Below, piece after piece: positions 32,604 to 41,511 of a stretch of DNA of 64,000 nt. Within the stretch, counting starts at the first letter, position 1. Each line of letters begins with the position of its first letter. The stretch lies in NCBI GenBank assembly GCA_025359965.1, contig JANYDC010000149.1, forward strand, positions 23,616 through 87,615, given 5' to 3'. Under the pieces are notes generated by a model. The model made no database searches. It was not told where the DNA came from and saw nothing but the letters and a program-made list of their open reading frames with translations. Origin of the DNA: Pedosphaera sp. Its GTDB lineage: Bacteria > Verrucomicrobiota > Verrucomicrobiia > Limisphaerales > SXQI01. The translations under genes were made by a program, and so were the position numbers.

Positions 32604-33284
32604 ATGTTGTTGACGATACCCGATGTTCTGACGGCAGAGCAAGTTGCTCAGGCTAGGCAATTGCTTGATACTGCCGAATGGGTGGATGGCCGCGTAACGG
32701 CTGGCCACCAATCAGCCAAAGCAAAACACAACGCCCAGCTCCCTGAAGGACATCCGGTCTCAAAGCAATTGGGTGAAATGATTTTGGCAGCGTTGGCGAG
32801 GAACAATTTGTTCTTCTCGGCGGCACTGCCTTTGCGGGTCTTTCCCCCTCTATTTAACAGTTATGCTGGCGGGCAATCCTTCGGAACGCACGTTGACAAT
32901 GCCATCCGCCAGATTCCAGGTTCCGGCCATCGCATTCGCACGGATCTTTCGGCAACTCTATTTTTAACGGCTCCGGAAGATTATGATGGTGGGGAATTGT
33001 GCGTGGAGGATACTTATGGTGTGAAAAGCGTGAAGCTGCCAGCCGGCCAAATGGTGCTGTATCCGGCTACAAGCCTGCACCATGTCACGCCAGTAACAAG
33101 CGGGGCCAGAATCTCCTCATTTTTCTGGATTCAAAGCATGATTCGCGATGATGGACAACGCTCGCTATTGTTCGATTTGGACTTGGGAATTCAACGCATC
33201 GCAAGGGATCACCCTGAGCATCCATCGGCAATTCAACTGACCGGAGTTTACCACAACCTGCTCCGGCAGTGGGCCGAGATGTGA
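32604..33284 (+). CDS. piuC: Fe(II)/2-oxoglutarate-dependent PKHD-type hydroxylase (PiuC/YbiX family)
   Basis: [46 protein letters not shown] and the HVDN...H facial triad region closely follow the YbiX/PiuC pattern. Confidence 0.85.
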   Translation: MLLTIPDVLTAEQVAQARQLLDTAEWVDGRVTAGHQSAKAKHNAQLPEGHPVSKQLGEMILAALARNNLFFSAALPLRVFPPLFNSYAGGQSFGTHVDNAIRQIPGSGHRIRTDLSATLFLTAPEDYDGGELCVEDTYGVKSVKLPAGQMVLYPATSLHHVTPVTSGARISSFFWIQSMIRDDGQRSLLFDLDLGIQRIARDHPEHPSAIQLTGVYHNLLRQWAEM

Positions 33285-33327
33285 TCAAATCCATTTCCCA
33301 TATCGCCATGTCAAAGGTTTGCTTTTC

Positions 33328-34548
33328 ATGAAGCCGCGTAAGATTTTATTCTGGCTTCATTTGTTGGCAGGCGTGATTACTGGTCTAGTCATTGCCATCA
33401 TGTCGTTCACCGGGCTGTGCATCGCCTTTGAGAAACAGATCGTGGCTTGGGCTGAATCCGATTTACGAAACTTTTCAATGCCTGCCAAAGGAACCGAAAA
33501 ACTGTCCATGGATCAGATTGTGGCGTCGTTTAAAAAGGAGCATCCTGAAGCCAACCCATCTGCCATCACGCTTGTAAAAGAACCAGGCAAAACCGTGGCG
33601 ATCTCAGTGGGACGTGAAATCGTTTACTATGTTAATCCTTACACCAGCCATGTGGGCGGACCGGGTGCGGTTGGCTGGCGAAAAGCCATGAAACTGATGA
33701 CGGATTGGCACCGCTGGCTGGCTCGCGAAGGAGAGGGTCGCGCTGTGGGCAAAGCCATTACCGGAGCCTGCAATGTCGCCTGCTTTTTCCTGGCTGTAAC
33801 CGGTCTTTGTTTGTGGTGGCCTAAAAACTGGTCGAAGGCAGCAGTGCGAGCCATCTCGCTTTTCAATTTCAAATTGAGCGGCAAAGCAAGGGACTGGAAC
33901 TGGCACAACGTCATCGGTCTCTGGTGTACCCCCATTCTGATCGTTCTCACCATAACCGGAGTGGTGATCTCGTATCGTTGGGCAGGCGATTTGGTTTACA
34001 AACTGACGGGGACCCAGCCTCAACCGGCCCAAACAGGAGCTGGTAGGACTGCAAGAAATGAAGCATCAGCCCCCACCCCTCGCGCAGTAGATGAATTAAA
34101 GAATGACGAAATCTTTGCTTTGGCCAAAAAGGAATTTCCCCAGTGGCAATCAATCACTTTGCGCCTGGCTGGAGCAGGTGTGGGAGCGGCCGCAGCGAAA
34201 GAAGAGCGGAAGCTGGGAGCCCAGCCCGTTAGTTTACAAATCCGCGATGGCGGATCGCCGTCCTTTGTCCAAGCCCAGCTAAGCCTGGACCCCGTCACCG
34301 GTGCGGTATTGAAAAGCGAGTCCTACGAGAAATACAATTCCGGGCGCAAAATTCGTACTTGGATGAGATTTCTTCACACAGGAGAAGCATTGGGAACAGT
34401 GGGCCAGATCGCAGCAGCGGTCGCTTCATTGGGCGGCTTGGTTCTGGTTTGGACAGGCTTCACTATGGCCTGTCGGCGCATGATGGTCTGGTGCCGTTTA
34501 AGATTTCAAAAGAATGAAATCGGTTTGGTAAAGACTGAACCGCAATGA
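33328..34548 (+). CDS. PepSY-associated TM-helix protein (PiuB-like)
   Basis: ILFWLHLLAGVITGLVIAIMSFTGL, WHRWL and a C-terminal RFLHTGEALG...TM helix are typical of PepSY_TM proteins in siderophore loci. ATG at 33328; TTG alternative at 33319. Confidence 0.75.
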   Translation: MKPRKILFWLHLLAGVITGLVIAIMSFTGLCIAFEKQIVAWAESDLRNFSMPAKGTEKLSMDQIVASFKKEHPEANPSAITLVKEPGKTVAISVGREIVYYVNPYTSHVGGPGAVGWRKAMKLMTDWHRWLAREGEGRAVGKAITGACNVACFFLAVTGLCLWWPKNWSKAAVRAISLFNFKLSGKARDWNWHNVIGLWCTPILIVLTITGVVISYRWAGDLVYKLTGTQPQPAQTGAGRTARNEASAPTPRAVDELKNDEIFALAKKEFPQWQSITLRLAGAGVGAAAAKEERKLGAQPVSLQIRDGGSPSFVQAQLSLDPVTGAVLKSESYEKYNSGRKIRTWMRFLHTGEALGTVGQIAAAVASLGGLVLVWTGFTMACRRMMVWCRLRFQKNEIGLVKTEPQ

Positions 34549-35303
34549 TAAAAACCCAAACGGAGCGTAAGTTGCTCGAAATGAATATTTCCGAGTCGCA
34601 AAAGGAGCTTCCCGGTACGCGTGTTCCCGCCGATCCGGATGAGCGCGTATCATTGCTTTCGGCAGCCACTTTAACCACATGGCTCGGTTGTGTGGCCGTG
34701 GCTGTGATCGGATTCTGCATTCCCTATCACCGGCCGATTCTGAAAATGGAAATCAAACAGCCCCTCCAAGCTGAACTTTTAAAGGTCGAATTAACCGCGG
34801 AGGCGCTACCGCCTGTGGAGCTATCGACACCCGTCGCGCTTAGCGAGCCGCCTGCGCTAAAACCTGTTTCACTGCCCCAAACTACTCCTGCAACATTGGT
34901 GGCCGAACCCTCTCCGTCCATCGCTTTTGCCATTCCCGTAACAGGCCCCACCAGGATTGTGGATGCATCGGCGGCCAGTCAAGCACGTGTCGAGGGAGCG
35001 GTGACAGAAATTCCTGCGGCAACCTCACCCCAAGTTTTGACTTATGGACAGGGGGAGGGACGCCAACCTGCCCCGGAGTATCCCGCACGCGCTCAGCAGG
35101 CGGGTCAAGAGGGGGTGGTGGGAATTACCTTTACTGTGGGCTACAATGGGCGGGTCATCAGCGCGGAAATATCTTCTGCCTCGCCCTGGCCGCTTTTGAA
35201 TGATTCGGCGTTGCGAACCGTGCGCGAAAAATATCGGTTCTCGCCCGCAAAAAGCCGAACGCGTGTTTACACCATCGATCTGCGCTTCAGAATCTCCAAA
35301 TAA
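34545..35303 (+). CDS. tonB: Energy transducer TonB
   Basis: N-terminal TM anchor, a Pro-rich spacer and a C-terminal TonB domain (PEYPARAQQAGQEGVVGITFTVGYNGRVISAEI...ALRTVREKYRFSPA). The start overlaps the upstream stop (ATGA at 34545-34548). Confidence 0.85.
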   Translation: MIKTQTERKLLEMNISESQKELPGTRVPADPDERVSLLSAATLTTWLGCVAVAVIGFCIPYHRPILKMEIKQPLQAELLKVELTAEALPPVELSTPVALSEPPALKPVSLPQTTPATLVAEPSPSIAFAIPVTGPTRIVDASAASQARVEGAVTEIPAATSPQVLTYGQGEGRQPAPEYPARAQQAGQEGVVGITFTVGYNGRVISAEISSASPWPLLNDSALRTVREKYRFSPAKSRTRVYTIDLRFRISK

Positions 35304-35306
35304 TTT

Positions 35307-36002
35307 ATGTCACCGTTGTTCGCCAATGTAGTTGTCGATCTATTTTTTAAGGGAGGGCCGATCATGTGGCCCATTTTGGTCGCGCTCCTTGCGGCACTTG
35401 CCTCTGTGGCAGAACGCGCGTTCTGGTGGAATTCATTGCGACGAAGCCTTGAACCCGAAAAATTGACCCAGGCCTTTGAGGCCATTTCAGGAGGCAATTT
35501 TGAGCGCGGCACCGACCTGACCGCCTCCTCATCTGATCCGTTTCTGGCCACGTTGCGAGAGGGACTAACCCATGCGCACAGCTCGTTTCTGGGAGCAATG
35601 CAATTGCGAGCCTCAGACGAATTGGAACGTTCCGAACAGTTGCAGTGGGTCATGGGAACTCTGATTACTTTGACGCCATTGTTGGGTTTGTTGGGCACTG
35701 TGACTGGCATTATGCACTCTTTCAATTTCGTGGGTGACGAACAGTTGGCGGCCTCCAAAGTCAGCGGAGGAATCGCTGAAGCTTTGATTGCCACCGCCTG
35801 CGGTCTGGGCATCGCGATCTTCTGCCTCGTCCCCTACAATTATTTCAACCGGCGCATCGCTCGTTTCCGCGCACAATTGGAACGCGTCATTAACCACGCC
35901 GAACTGCTCGTGGAATCCGCCAAGCATCACGGGCATGATTTGGAGGAATTTGCCCGCAATCGTGCGGTGCGTGCGGGTGGTTTGGGCAAAACCCGATCCT
36001 AA
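35307..36002 (+). CDS. exbB: MotA/TolQ/ExbB proton-channel protein
   Basis: Three TM helices with [15 protein letters not shown] and [27 protein letters not shown]. Confidence 0.9.
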   Translation: MSPLFANVVVDLFFKGGPIMWPILVALLAALASVAERAFWWNSLRRSLEPEKLTQAFEAISGGNFERGTDLTASSSDPFLATLREGLTHAHSSFLGAMQLRASDELERSEQLQWVMGTLITLTPLLGLLGTVTGIMHSFNFVGDEQLAASKVSGGIAEALIATACGLGIAIFCLVPYNYFNRRIARFRAQLERVINHAELLVESAKHHGHDLEEFARNRAVRAGGLGKTRS

Positions 36003-36010
36003 GAGTTTTT

Positions 36011-36445
36011 ATGCCTGTCAAACTGGGATCAAAACTTCCTGCTGATCATGCCGAGGCTCGCATCGAAATTGTGCCGCTGATCGACATCATGTTTTTTTTG
36101 CTCGCGAGCTTCATGTTGGTGAGCCTGAGCATGGTGAACATGAAAAGCGTCAAGGTAAACCTGCCTACCGCCACTTCCTCAACACCGGATTTGAAGAAGA
36201 ATTTCGTGAATATTTCTATTGATAAGGCAGGTTTAGTTTTTCTCGATCAAAAGCCCGTTGGACAAAACGAATTGGCCGCGACACTCAGCGCATGGCACGG
36301 CACCAATGATCAGCTGCGGGTCTTCATCAGCGGCGACAAAGAAGCCAGACACGGAGACGTGATCCAAGTGTTGGACCTGGTCCGTTCCTCCGGCATCGAC
36401 AATGTCGCATTCGAAACACGCGATCCCGTGAAGGCCGCGCGATGA
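36011..36445 (+). CDS. exbD: ExbD/TolR biopolymer transport protein
   Basis: IEIVPLIDIMFFLLASFML TM anchor followed by a periplasmic ExbD domain (LRVFISGDKEARHGDVIQVLDLVRSSG). Confidence 0.9.
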   Translation: MPVKLGSKLPADHAEARIEIVPLIDIMFFLLASFMLVSLSMVNMKSVKVNLPTATSSTPDLKKNFVNISIDKAGLVFLDQKPVGQNELAATLSAWHGTNDQLRVFISGDKEARHGDVIQVLDLVRSSGIDNVAFETRDPVKAAR

Positions 36446-36981
36446 ACCGAAGGATTCAATACATCAACCTATTAGGCGTGCTGCTTCTTGCCCTCCTTTG
36501 CGGTTATCAATGGAAGGCCAACTGGCAATTGCAAACTGAATCGATCATTTCCGCAAAAGATCGTTTTGAACTGGCAGAGAATCTGGCCAATGCCGAAAAA
36601 GCAGCCAAGGGCAGAGCCGCCGATCTGGAACAGTTTCGCGAACAACTATCCCGCACAATCCTGACCAGGCAGGAGGCGGAGGAAAAACGCAGGGAAGCCC
36701 AGCACAAGCTCGATCAGCTTTCAGACGAGATCGGTCAGGTTAAAGCCAATCATACCACCTGGACCACCGCCGTCGCTCTTCGAGATGAGCAACTCAATCT
36801 CGCGGCCGATCAAATCAAAAAACTGGCCGTTGAACGCAATGATTCAACCGAAAAATTCAATGACATCGTCCAAAAATACAACGCCATGATTCACAACTTC
36901 GAAGCGCGCACGAAACTATTTAACGAATTGGCAGAAAAATATAACGCTTTGGTCAAAAGCCAGAACGAGCCTAAAAAATAA
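36442..36981 (+). CDS. Membrane-anchored coiled-coil protein, function unknown (last gene of the TonB-ExbBD operon)
   Basis: N-terminal TM helix (INLLGVLLLALLCGY), with the rest heptad-like and Glu/Lys/Gln-rich. The start overlaps the exbD stop (ATGA at 36442-36445). Confidence 0.55.
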   Translation: MNRRIQYINLLGVLLLALLCGYQWKANWQLQTESIISAKDRFELAENLANAEKAAKGRAADLEQFREQLSRTILTRQEAEEKRREAQHKLDQLSDEIGQVKANHTTWTTAVALRDEQLNLAADQIKKLAVERNDSTEKFNDIVQKYNAMIHNFEARTKLFNELAEKYNALVKSQNEPKK

Positions 36982-37026
36982 AGGTTTTCGGGATAGATGT
37001 CCGACACGGGAATCTCGAGCAGAGCT

Positions 37027-37728
37027 TTACGAAATAGGAGGCTTTCCGTTTGGCAGCTTTCTCTCTTCGCGACGCCACGTTTTCTCTTTGCGCTTTAATG
37101 CGGCGCGCAAAACTTCCTCAGCAGATATCCCATGCCCCTGCGCAGTTATCGCTAATTCAAGGAGTGCTTCACCCAAATCGCGCCGAGCCTTTGCCGTGGC
37201 AGATTTCCCACCGTTCATGGGAGGAATTAAACCGGCTTTGCGCGCTTTTTTAGCCAGTTTCTCAGCACGAAAAAGCGCGGGCAACTGCCGAGGAATACCG
37301 TCCAAAACAGAAGGCCGCTCGTGCTTGGTGCCCACCTTTTCCGCCTTCTTTATTTTTTCCCACTGCGCCCAAACTGCTGCAACCGATTGGGCTTCCGATT
37401 CCCCAAAAACATGCGGATGACGCCGAATCAATTTATCAGCAATTGCAGCTGCTACTTTCTCAAAATCAAAACGTTTTTCCTCGCTGGCAAGCTGGCAGTG
37501 GAACACCACCTGCAACAGCATATCGCCCAACTCCTCGGCCATTCCCTCATCGTCCTTGTCCTCAATCGCATCCAGAAGTTCGTAGACTTCTTCGACCGCG
37601 TGGAAGCGAATGGACTGGTGTGATTGCTCCTTGTCCCACGGACAACCTCCAGGCCCGCGCAAGCTGGCCATGATCTCAAGCAAACGGTCGATGCCTCGTG
37701 GTGCTGTGGGAACACTGGGACGTTTCAT
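37027..37728 (-). CDS. mazG: Nucleoside triphosphate pyrophosphohydrolase MazG
   Basis: LLEIMASLRGPGGCPWDKEQSHQSIRFHAVEEVYELLDAIE and EELGDMLLQVVFH (EExxD/E motifs). Confidence 0.9.
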   Translation of the reverse strand: MKRPSVPTAPRGIDRLLEIMASLRGPGGCPWDKEQSHQSIRFHAVEEVYELLDAIEDKDDEGMAEELGDMLLQVVFHCQLASEEKRFDFEKVAAAIADKLIRRHPHVFGESEAQSVAAVWAQWEKIKKAEKVGTKHERPSVLDGIPRQLPALFRAEKLAKKARKAGLIPPMNGGKSATAKARRDLGEALLELAITAQGHGISAEEVLRAALKRKEKTWRREERKLPNGKPPIS

Positions 37729-37731
37729 ACT

Positions 37732-38808
37732 TTAAAGAATCACGAGGTCATCGCGGTGAACCACCTCGCCTTTGATGCGGGGTGCCGCACGAAGGTCGGT
37801 GGCGGAAATCTTTGCAATTCCCCGCGCAAACTCCGTTCCGTTTAAGTCACACAAACCCACCACATCACCCGCGCCAAAATCACCCGTCCAACTGGAGATG
37901 CCCGGTGCAAGAAGACTTTTGCCACGCTCACGAAGAGCTTTGCGCGCGCCATCATCGACAAGTAAAGATCCTTTCGGATGATGGAAGAAGGCAATCCATC
38001 TTTTGCGCCCTCGCAACTTGGCCGGTTTGGGCAGAAAAATGGTTCCCTCATCCTCCCCTGAAACCACCCGTTTCAAAACACCCGCTTTCCGACCCGAGGC
38101 AATCACCAACGGAATGCCGGAGCGGATGGCAATGCGCGCCGCAGAAATTTTCGAGGCCATCCCCCCGACTGCTGTGGCGCTGGTGGTGCCGCCCGCCATT
38201 GACTCAACTTCAGCGTCGATGGTTTCAATGGAACTCAGTAGCCTCGCCTTGGGCTTGCCGTAATTTTCAATCACGCCATCCACTGTGGTGAGAATCACCA
38301 GGAGATCGGCAGGCAACAGGCAACTTACCAGTGCGGACAGCTTGTCGTTGTCTCCAAATTTGATTTCCGTGAAAGAAACTGCGTCGTTTTCATTGATAAT
38401 GGGCACCACACCATGTTGCATAAGCCGGACAAGTGTATTGCGCGCGTTTAGATGGCGCTCATGATGCTCCAGATCGTCATGAGTAAGAAGCACTTGCGCC
38501 ACGCTTAATCCGTGCTGGCCAAACAACTTGTCGTAAGTCGCCATCAATTTGGACTGACCCACAGCTGCACAAGCCTGGAGCTCGGCTAACTCCGTTGGCC
38601 TCTTGCCGTGCCCTAAAACCCCCATCCCCGCACCCACCGCCCCCGAGGTTACTACCGTCACTTCGACCCCGGTTTTGCGAAGCTCGGAAATCTGTGCGAC
38701 CAACTGCTCCAGTTGTGCCATGTCCGGCCGCTTCTGCGCGTCAGTCAAAACACCAGTACCCAGCTTGATGACCACCCGGCCCACGTTTTTTAAGACTTCA
38801 CCTCTCAT
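37732..38808 (-). CDS. proB: Glutamate 5-kinase (with C-terminal PUA domain)
   Basis: VVIKLGTGVLT, VTSGAVGAG and INENDAV, followed by a PUA-like C-terminus (LLVDDGARKALRERGKSLLAPGI). Confidence 0.9.
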   Translation of the reverse strand: MRGEVLKNVGRVVIKLGTGVLTDAQKRPDMAQLEQLVAQISELRKTGVEVTVVTSGAVGAGMGVLGHGKRPTELAELQACAAVGQSKLMATYDKLFGQHGLSVAQVLLTHDDLEHHERHLNARNTLVRLMQHGVVPIINENDAVSFTEIKFGDNDKLSALVSCLLPADLLVILTTVDGVIENYGKPKARLLSSIETIDAEVESMAGGTTSATAVGGMASKISAARIAIRSGIPLVIASGRKAGVLKRVVSGEDEGTIFLPKPAKLRGRKRWIAFFHHPKGSLLVDDGARKALRERGKSLLAPGISSWTGDFGAGDVVGLCDLNGTEFARGIAKISATDLRAAPRIKGEVVHRDDLVIL

Positions 38809-38825
38809 TGATTAAAATAGAAAAA

Positions 38826-39560
38826 TCAAACTGCGGAGCCATCCGTCTGTTCAACTTCAGGTGTCTCCGCTTTTAGTAGTTTTAAGGCTTCGGCCGCAGC
38901 CGCACTTTCGGCCTCCTTTTTGGTCTTGCCCGAACCCCGGCCCAACTCCCGCCCGCCATGATGAACCGTCGATTCAAAAAGCCGGTCATGATCCGGACCG
39001 CTGGCCGATTCCAATCGGTAAACGGGTGCGTCCGGCGAGTTCGCCTGCACCAACTCCTGCAACTCGCCCTTCGGGTTATCAATATCCGGCAGTGCCGCTC
39101 CCTCTCCGATCACCGCCCCGTAAATACATTCAATCACCTTGAGCGCGGTGGGGAAATCACTATCCATATAAACCGCGCCCACCGCAGCTTCGAACGCATC
39201 CGCCAAGGCTGATACCCTCTCACGCCCGCCATTTGCCTCCTCACCCCGACTCATGATCAATTCAGACCCCAAATCCACCTTCCGGGCCATGTCGGAGAGC
39301 GTTCGCTCATTGACCATTCTCGCCCGAGCCTTCGTCAGGGGGCCCTCAGCCATATCCGAGTAACGAATATAAAGCATGTGCGCAAAAGCCAGTTGCAACA
39401 CCGCATCGCCCAAAAATTCCAGCCTCTGATTATCACACCCGTCCGGCACAAAACTCTGCGTTGCCGACGGGTGCGTCACAGCCATCGCGAGCAGCTTCCG
39501 GTCCTTGAAAGTATAACCGAGTCGCGCTTCAAGTGGTTGTAAATCCGGCTCGTCCATCAT
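38826..39560 (-). CDS. rnc: Ribonuclease III
   Basis: NQRLEFLGDAVL catalytic signature plus a C-terminal dsRBD (GPDHDRLFESTVHHGGRELGRGSGKTKKEAESAAAAEAL). Confidence 0.9.
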   Translation of the reverse strand: MMDEPDLQPLEARLGYTFKDRKLLAMAVTHPSATQSFVPDGCDNQRLEFLGDAVLQLAFAHMLYIRYSDMAEGPLTKARARMVNERTLSDMARKVDLGSELIMSRGEEANGGRERVSALADAFEAAVGAVYMDSDFPTALKVIECIYGAVIGEGAALPDIDNPKGELQELVQANSPDAPVYRLESASGPDHDRLFESTVHHGGRELGRGSGKTKKEAESAAAAEALKLLKAETPEVEQTDGSAV

Positions 39561-40204
39561 CCCTTGGTTTCGACAACTGCTTGATCCTCCATGCCCGCCC
39601 CGCCCGCAGACTTCGGCGCTTGATCTGCCACAATCTCCTGCTCAGGCAAAACTCCGGCTGTGGCAATCTCCCCTTGAATCGGCTCCAGCCCATGTTCCAG
39701 CAGATTCAAAACATCACGCTGAACTTCCTCCAGCTGATTAATTTTCAAGCCGGGATCCTTAATCATGAGCACATCCCCTGTCTTGGGGTGCTCATAAATC
39801 AAAACCCTCACGCTGCCTTCCATGATGTGCCCCTTGTTTTTCAACTGCCTCTTTCTTTCAAGCATCACGGCCAGGATAAAACGCGCCCCTGCGTGTTTCG
39901 AATCATTGCGTTCGATGAGCTTGTGCAACAGGGATTCAGCTGTGTCCTTCAATATGGGATCGGGAGCGGATGCGGGGGGGACCACATACACTGACTGCCA
40001 CTGAGACAGGGCCTTCGGTTGTTCAACCTGCCCCTTTTCCTGCTCCAAGGCGCAATGCCGCGTCCAGCATTCCTCGCAGAAATCCTTCCGCTCATAACCA
40101 TGCCGCTGCTCAAAAAGAGTCGTGCGGAACGCCTCCTTGTCCACGAAATGCCGATGGCAAATCTGACAGCTGTGCGACCTCGTCTGAATGTTCCAATCGA
40201 TCAT
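39557..40204 (-). CDS. Zinc-ribbon protein of unknown function, translationally coupled to rnc
   Basis: N-terminal CQIC...CEEC four-Cys pattern, a ~100-aa conserved-looking C-domain (ARFILAVMLERKRQL...VLIYEHPKTGDVLMIKDP) and an acidic tail. Its stop overlaps the rnc start (ATGA at 39557-39560). I cannot place it in a family. Confidence 0.6.
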   Translation of the reverse strand: MIDWNIQTRSHSCQICHRHFVDKEAFRTTLFEQRHGYERKDFCEECWTRHCALEQEKGQVEQPKALSQWQSVYVVPPASAPDPILKDTAESLLHKLIERNDSKHAGARFILAVMLERKRQLKNKGHIMEGSVRVLIYEHPKTGDVLMIKDPGLKINQLEEVQRDVLNLLEHGLEPIQGEIATAGVLPEQEIVADQAPKSAGGAGMEDQAVVETKG

Positions 40205-40335
40205 GTCAACTGTAGCTAAAACCCGAGTCTGTCACTAACCCGTCCCTTCGTCATGCCAATTTCCTCAAATGGGCCTCCCTGCCGGGCGACCTAAAATGAG
40301 TTGCCAAAAACAGGTGGTATTCATTAAGAAAGAGT

Positions 40336-41427
40336 ATGCGTTTCTCCACTTTGATGAACATGGGTCTGGTTGGATCAGTGCTTTTGACCCCGGCTATGGC
40401 CCAGGACGCCAAAAATGTCCAGGATCAGGCCGTGCAAGCCTTACGGGCCAAGATCAATGACCTCCGCTCAGAATCCGCTCCTGTTGACGCTCGCGCCGCC
40501 CGCAGCGCACGCCAGCGTGCCGAAGTGGCTGAACGCAACGCCGCACGTGATAAATATCAGGCCGAAAAGCGCCAGACCTTTGAAAAAGAGCAAAAGGCAC
40601 GCGGTGCATCCACCAAGACGAAGATCGTTGCCGACGCCTCCACCAATCCGGCCTACCAATCCGACCTGGAAAAGCGCGCGCGCGCCTTAATGCAACAGAG
40701 GATGTCCGAAACAGCCACAAAACCGAGCATTGCGCAAAACCGGGAACCACTTTCCTCTGAGCAACTCTCCCAGGCTCAGCGCGCTTTGCGCCAGCAGTAC
40801 TCCCCGAATCCGCAGCCAGCTTCGGCTCCCAGACCTGCGACGGCTGCACCTGCGACGGTCATCGCCCCAAAATCATCCCCCCAACTGGCGACCGCCCCAG
40901 CACCCCAGCAGCAACCTCTTTCCCAAGAGCAGCTTACCGCCGCCCAACGTGCCCTCCGACAACAATATTCTACCGCTCCTGCCGGAGTGATTGCTGCGAA
41001 ACCTACGCTCCAGCAACAACCCCTTTCCCAAGAGCAGCTCTCGGCCGCTCAACAGGCCCTCCGGCAACAATATACACCAGCCCTTAAGCCTATAGCCACC
41101 GCTCCTGCTGCAGTGGTTGTGGCGAAACCGGCACCTCAGGCTGCCCCAGTTCCTCCCGCAGCACCGGTTGTGGTTGCGGCCAAGCCCGTCCCAACTCCAT
41201 CCCTCAGTCCGGAAGCTGAGGCTGCCGCACGTGAGGCACTGAAGCGTACCGCTGCCAAGGCGGCCGCAACAAATCCAGCCGTACTTGCCCCGACCGCTGC
41301 GCAAACCCCTGCGGCCCCCATGTCTAAGCAGGAGAAGTTGGCGGTGCTTCTGAGCCTGTACAAAGCCGACAAAATCACTCCAGCACAATACCACCAGCAG
41401 CGCGTTACCGTTCTTGCAGAGCCGTAA
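40336..41427 (+). CDS. Secreted Ala/Pro/Gln-rich repeat protein with a SHOCT-like C-terminal motif
   Basis: Signal peptide (LVGSVLLTPAMAQD). Three copies of PLS(S/Q)EQL(S/T)xAQxALRQQY. The C-terminal EKLAVLLSLYKADKITPAQYHQQRVTVL resembles a short oligomerisation (SHOCT-type) motif. Confidence 0.6.
   Translation: MRFSTLMNMGLVGSVLLTPAMAQDAKNVQDQAVQALRAKINDLRSESAPVDARAARSARQRAEVAERNAARDKYQAEKRQTFEKEQKARGASTKTKIVADASTNPAYQSDLEKRARALMQQRMSETATKPSIAQNREPLSSEQLSQAQRALRQQYSPNPQPASAPRPATAAPATVIAPKSSPQLATAPAPQQQPLSQEQLTAAQRALRQQYSTAPAGVIAAKPTLQQQPLSQEQLSAAQQALRQQYTPALKPIATAPAAVVVAKPAPQAAPVPPAAPVVVAAKPVPTPSLSPEAEAAAREALKRTAAKAAATNPAVLAPTAAQTPAAPMSKQEKLAVLLSLYKADKITPAQYHQQRVTVLAEP
40744..41076 (+). repeat. 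Three in-frame ~60-nt coding repeats (PLSxEQLxxAQxALRQQY units)
   Basis: Units at about aa 137-156, 193-212 and 228-247 of the 363-aa protein. The last two are also clearly similar at nucleotide level (cccctttcccaagagcagct...). Confidence 0.7.
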
Positions 41428-41511
41428 ATCTTCGCCTGGAACCCTATCCTCGAACCTATCGCCTGCACCGCTGCGGCCGATAACTCAGTTCCATCAAGAC
41501 CACCACTTAGC

